IMG/VR virus record: IMGVR_UViG_3300043446_004155
Span: 18,625-82,624 of that record
Source of the DNA: a virus
Strand: one strand, 5' to 3'
Length of the DNA: 64,000 nucleotides
The notes under the pieces were generated by a model. It made no database searches, was not told the DNA's origin, and worked only from the letters and a program-made list of their open reading frames with translations. Within the stretch, counting starts at the first letter, position 1. Every line of letters starts with the position of its first letter. This document shows positions 62,765-64,000 of this stretch, piece by piece. Position numbers and translations under genes: made by a program.

Positions 62765-62967
62765 CGCAGGTCATCCGGAAGCAATGCTTGGGAATCTTCA
62801 TCATCCATATTTGTCATTACAAACTTCTCTCCATTGGGGGCAATAAAGCCCCCAATGAATCCCATGCCAAGACGATCGGATGTTTCCTTCATCTTGGCTA
62901 CGAGTTGCATAGCTTCAAGTCTTTGCATATCCATGGAGTCTGGTATGCGAGGAGTGTTGTCAGTCAT
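62761..62967 (-). CDS. Hypothetical protein
   Basis: Coupled ORF. Confidence 0.55.
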   Translation of the reverse strand: MTDNTPRIPDSMDMQRLEAMQLVAKMKETSDRLGMGFIGGFIAPNGEKFVMTNMDDEDSQALLPDDLR

Positions 62968-63092
62968 TGAGATGAGTTGAGTAGGTGTGTGAAGTCTATC
63001 AGGGTTGTCAAGGAATGGATGGGGAGTAACACATAAGTTTATCTAATAGAATTAAATGAACTCCTGGTACTCCCCTCCGGGGGTCTGGGGGA

Positions 63093-63353
63093 TCAGCTGT
63101 GCATAGCTTGATGTTCTTTCCATGCAGCAGTATGCATCTCAGCCATCGTGATAGGCGGTTCGCCTACCTCGTCTGGTGCGTAGTCAACATCAAGTTCATT
63201 CTCAATCATGGGAATGATCTCGTCATCGAGCAGTGCAAGCATGCTCGGAGTGAGATGCTGATCCATTTCGTGACGCTTTGCTTCACGTTCGCTGATTGCT
63301 TTGAGCAGAGTCAAAGCTTCTTGAACGTAAACGTATTCGTTCTTGTAAGTCAT
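63093..63353 (-). CDS. Hypothetical protein (start MTYKNE inferred)
   Basis: GEPPITMAEMH..AW motif. Confidence 0.55.
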   Translation of the reverse strand: MTYKNEYVYVQEALTLLKAISEREAKRHEMDQHLTPSMLALLDDEIIPMIENELDVDYAPDEVGEPPITMAEMHTAAWKEHQAMHS

Positions 63354-63377
63354 GGTTTGGTTTGAAGTGAGTGAATG

Positions 63378-63418
63378 CCTGGGACTTACACACCAAGTTG
63401 GCGTTGGTGATGCCCAGG
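63378..63418 (-). promoter_or_regulatory. Leader hairpin motif 2
   Basis: CCUGGG-CA-UCACCAA...UUGGUGU-GUAAG-UCCCAGG. Confidence 0.65.
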
Positions 63419-63424
63419 TTATTG

Positions 63425-63670
63425 TCATCGTACTGGTTTAGGTAACGTCATGATCCAGCCTGTGTAGTTATCACTGCTGCGATCAACATGAACTAAACCA
63501 TACATCTCAAGCTTGACCAATGCCTGAAGGTATTGATCAATCCTTGACATGGTTGTAGGACACCTCGGTACAAAGCATGGTGCATTCCCATGCTTCTTCT
63601 TGTGATTCAAGAAGTAAGTGTAGAGGTTCCGTTGATTGATGCTGAGTGCGGGCAGTGCTGTGGCTGACAT
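63425..63670 (-). CDS. Winged-helix (LexA-DBD-like) small protein
   Basis: LSINQRNLY.YF...HG.AP...LVKLEMYGLV. Confidence 0.5.
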   Translation of the reverse strand: MSATALPALSINQRNLYTYFLNHKKKHGNAPCFVPRCPTTMSRIDQYLQALVKLEMYGLVHVDRSSDNYTGWIMTLPKPVR

Positions 63671-63673
63671 GAC

Positions 63674-64000
63674 TTAGCAATAGTACGGACGTGACTCAGG
63701 ATACACACGAGCTAGTTTGTTGGAGAATCCAAGCTCGTAGTTCGAGCTAGTTGTTGTATCTCCAAGAGAGGGCTGACCTTCGATTTCGTACTCTTCGAAG
63801 TACTCGATGTAGGTTTGGATCGCCTGCTTCTTGGAGAAGATGCAGTGGCTACGGACTGGGTATCCTGCCTGGTACCACCATCCACCTTCCTCTGGACCGC
63901 CGTAGTTGAGCGTCGTTTCGTGGATGGTGATGACCGTTGGATCTTCGTGTTCGAAGTACTTGTGAGTTTTGTAGGCTCCGATTGCGTATCGGGCTTTGTA
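63674..64000 (-). CDS. 5'-truncated phage protein
   Basis: Open to the window edge; YGGPEEGGWWY motif. Confidence 0.6.
   Translation of the reverse strand, partial: YKARYAIGAYKTHKYFEHEDPTVITIHETTLNYGGPEEGGWWYQAGYPVRSHCIFSKKQAIQTYIEYFEEYEIEGQPSLGDTTTSSNYELGFSNKLARVYPESRPYYC

Noticed and set aside
49301-63418. Dispersed repeats as a CRISPR array or type III antitoxin array
   Set aside because: Not tandem, no spacers, separated by kilobases of CDS; no cas or ToxN-like gene recognised

Overview
This is a 64-kb slice of a lytic-type dsDNA tailed cyanophage. Gene content (N4-gp56-like major capsid, T7-like PolA, PrimPol-D5 primase/helicase, ThyX, Dcd, SpeD) suggests, by inference only, a freshwater Synechococcus phage of the S-EIV1-like kind. 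The left ~25 kb is mostly a + strand virion/tail/lysis module. The middle holds the primase, a GDP-sugar/glycosyltransferase set and an ncRNA/tRNA cluster. The right arm is a - strand early/replication module. Signals the ORF track misses: (1) the major capsid gene has a 4-codon first exon split off by a group I intron whose P1 loop carries an antisense HNH homing endonuclease; (2) a covarying ~28-nt H-type pseudoknot occurs six times, always 20-25 nt upstream of early/replication start codons (including ssb), plus a second recurring hairpin motif; (3) a set of host-sensing or host-modulating micro-elements: a CP12 C-terminal micro-protein, two NblA-like genes, a DUF4278 operon with an NtcA box, and a glutamine-II-like riboswitch; (4) a ~190-bp dyad-symmetric non-coding locus that may be the origin. 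All family assignments come from motif recognition by eye; no searches were run.
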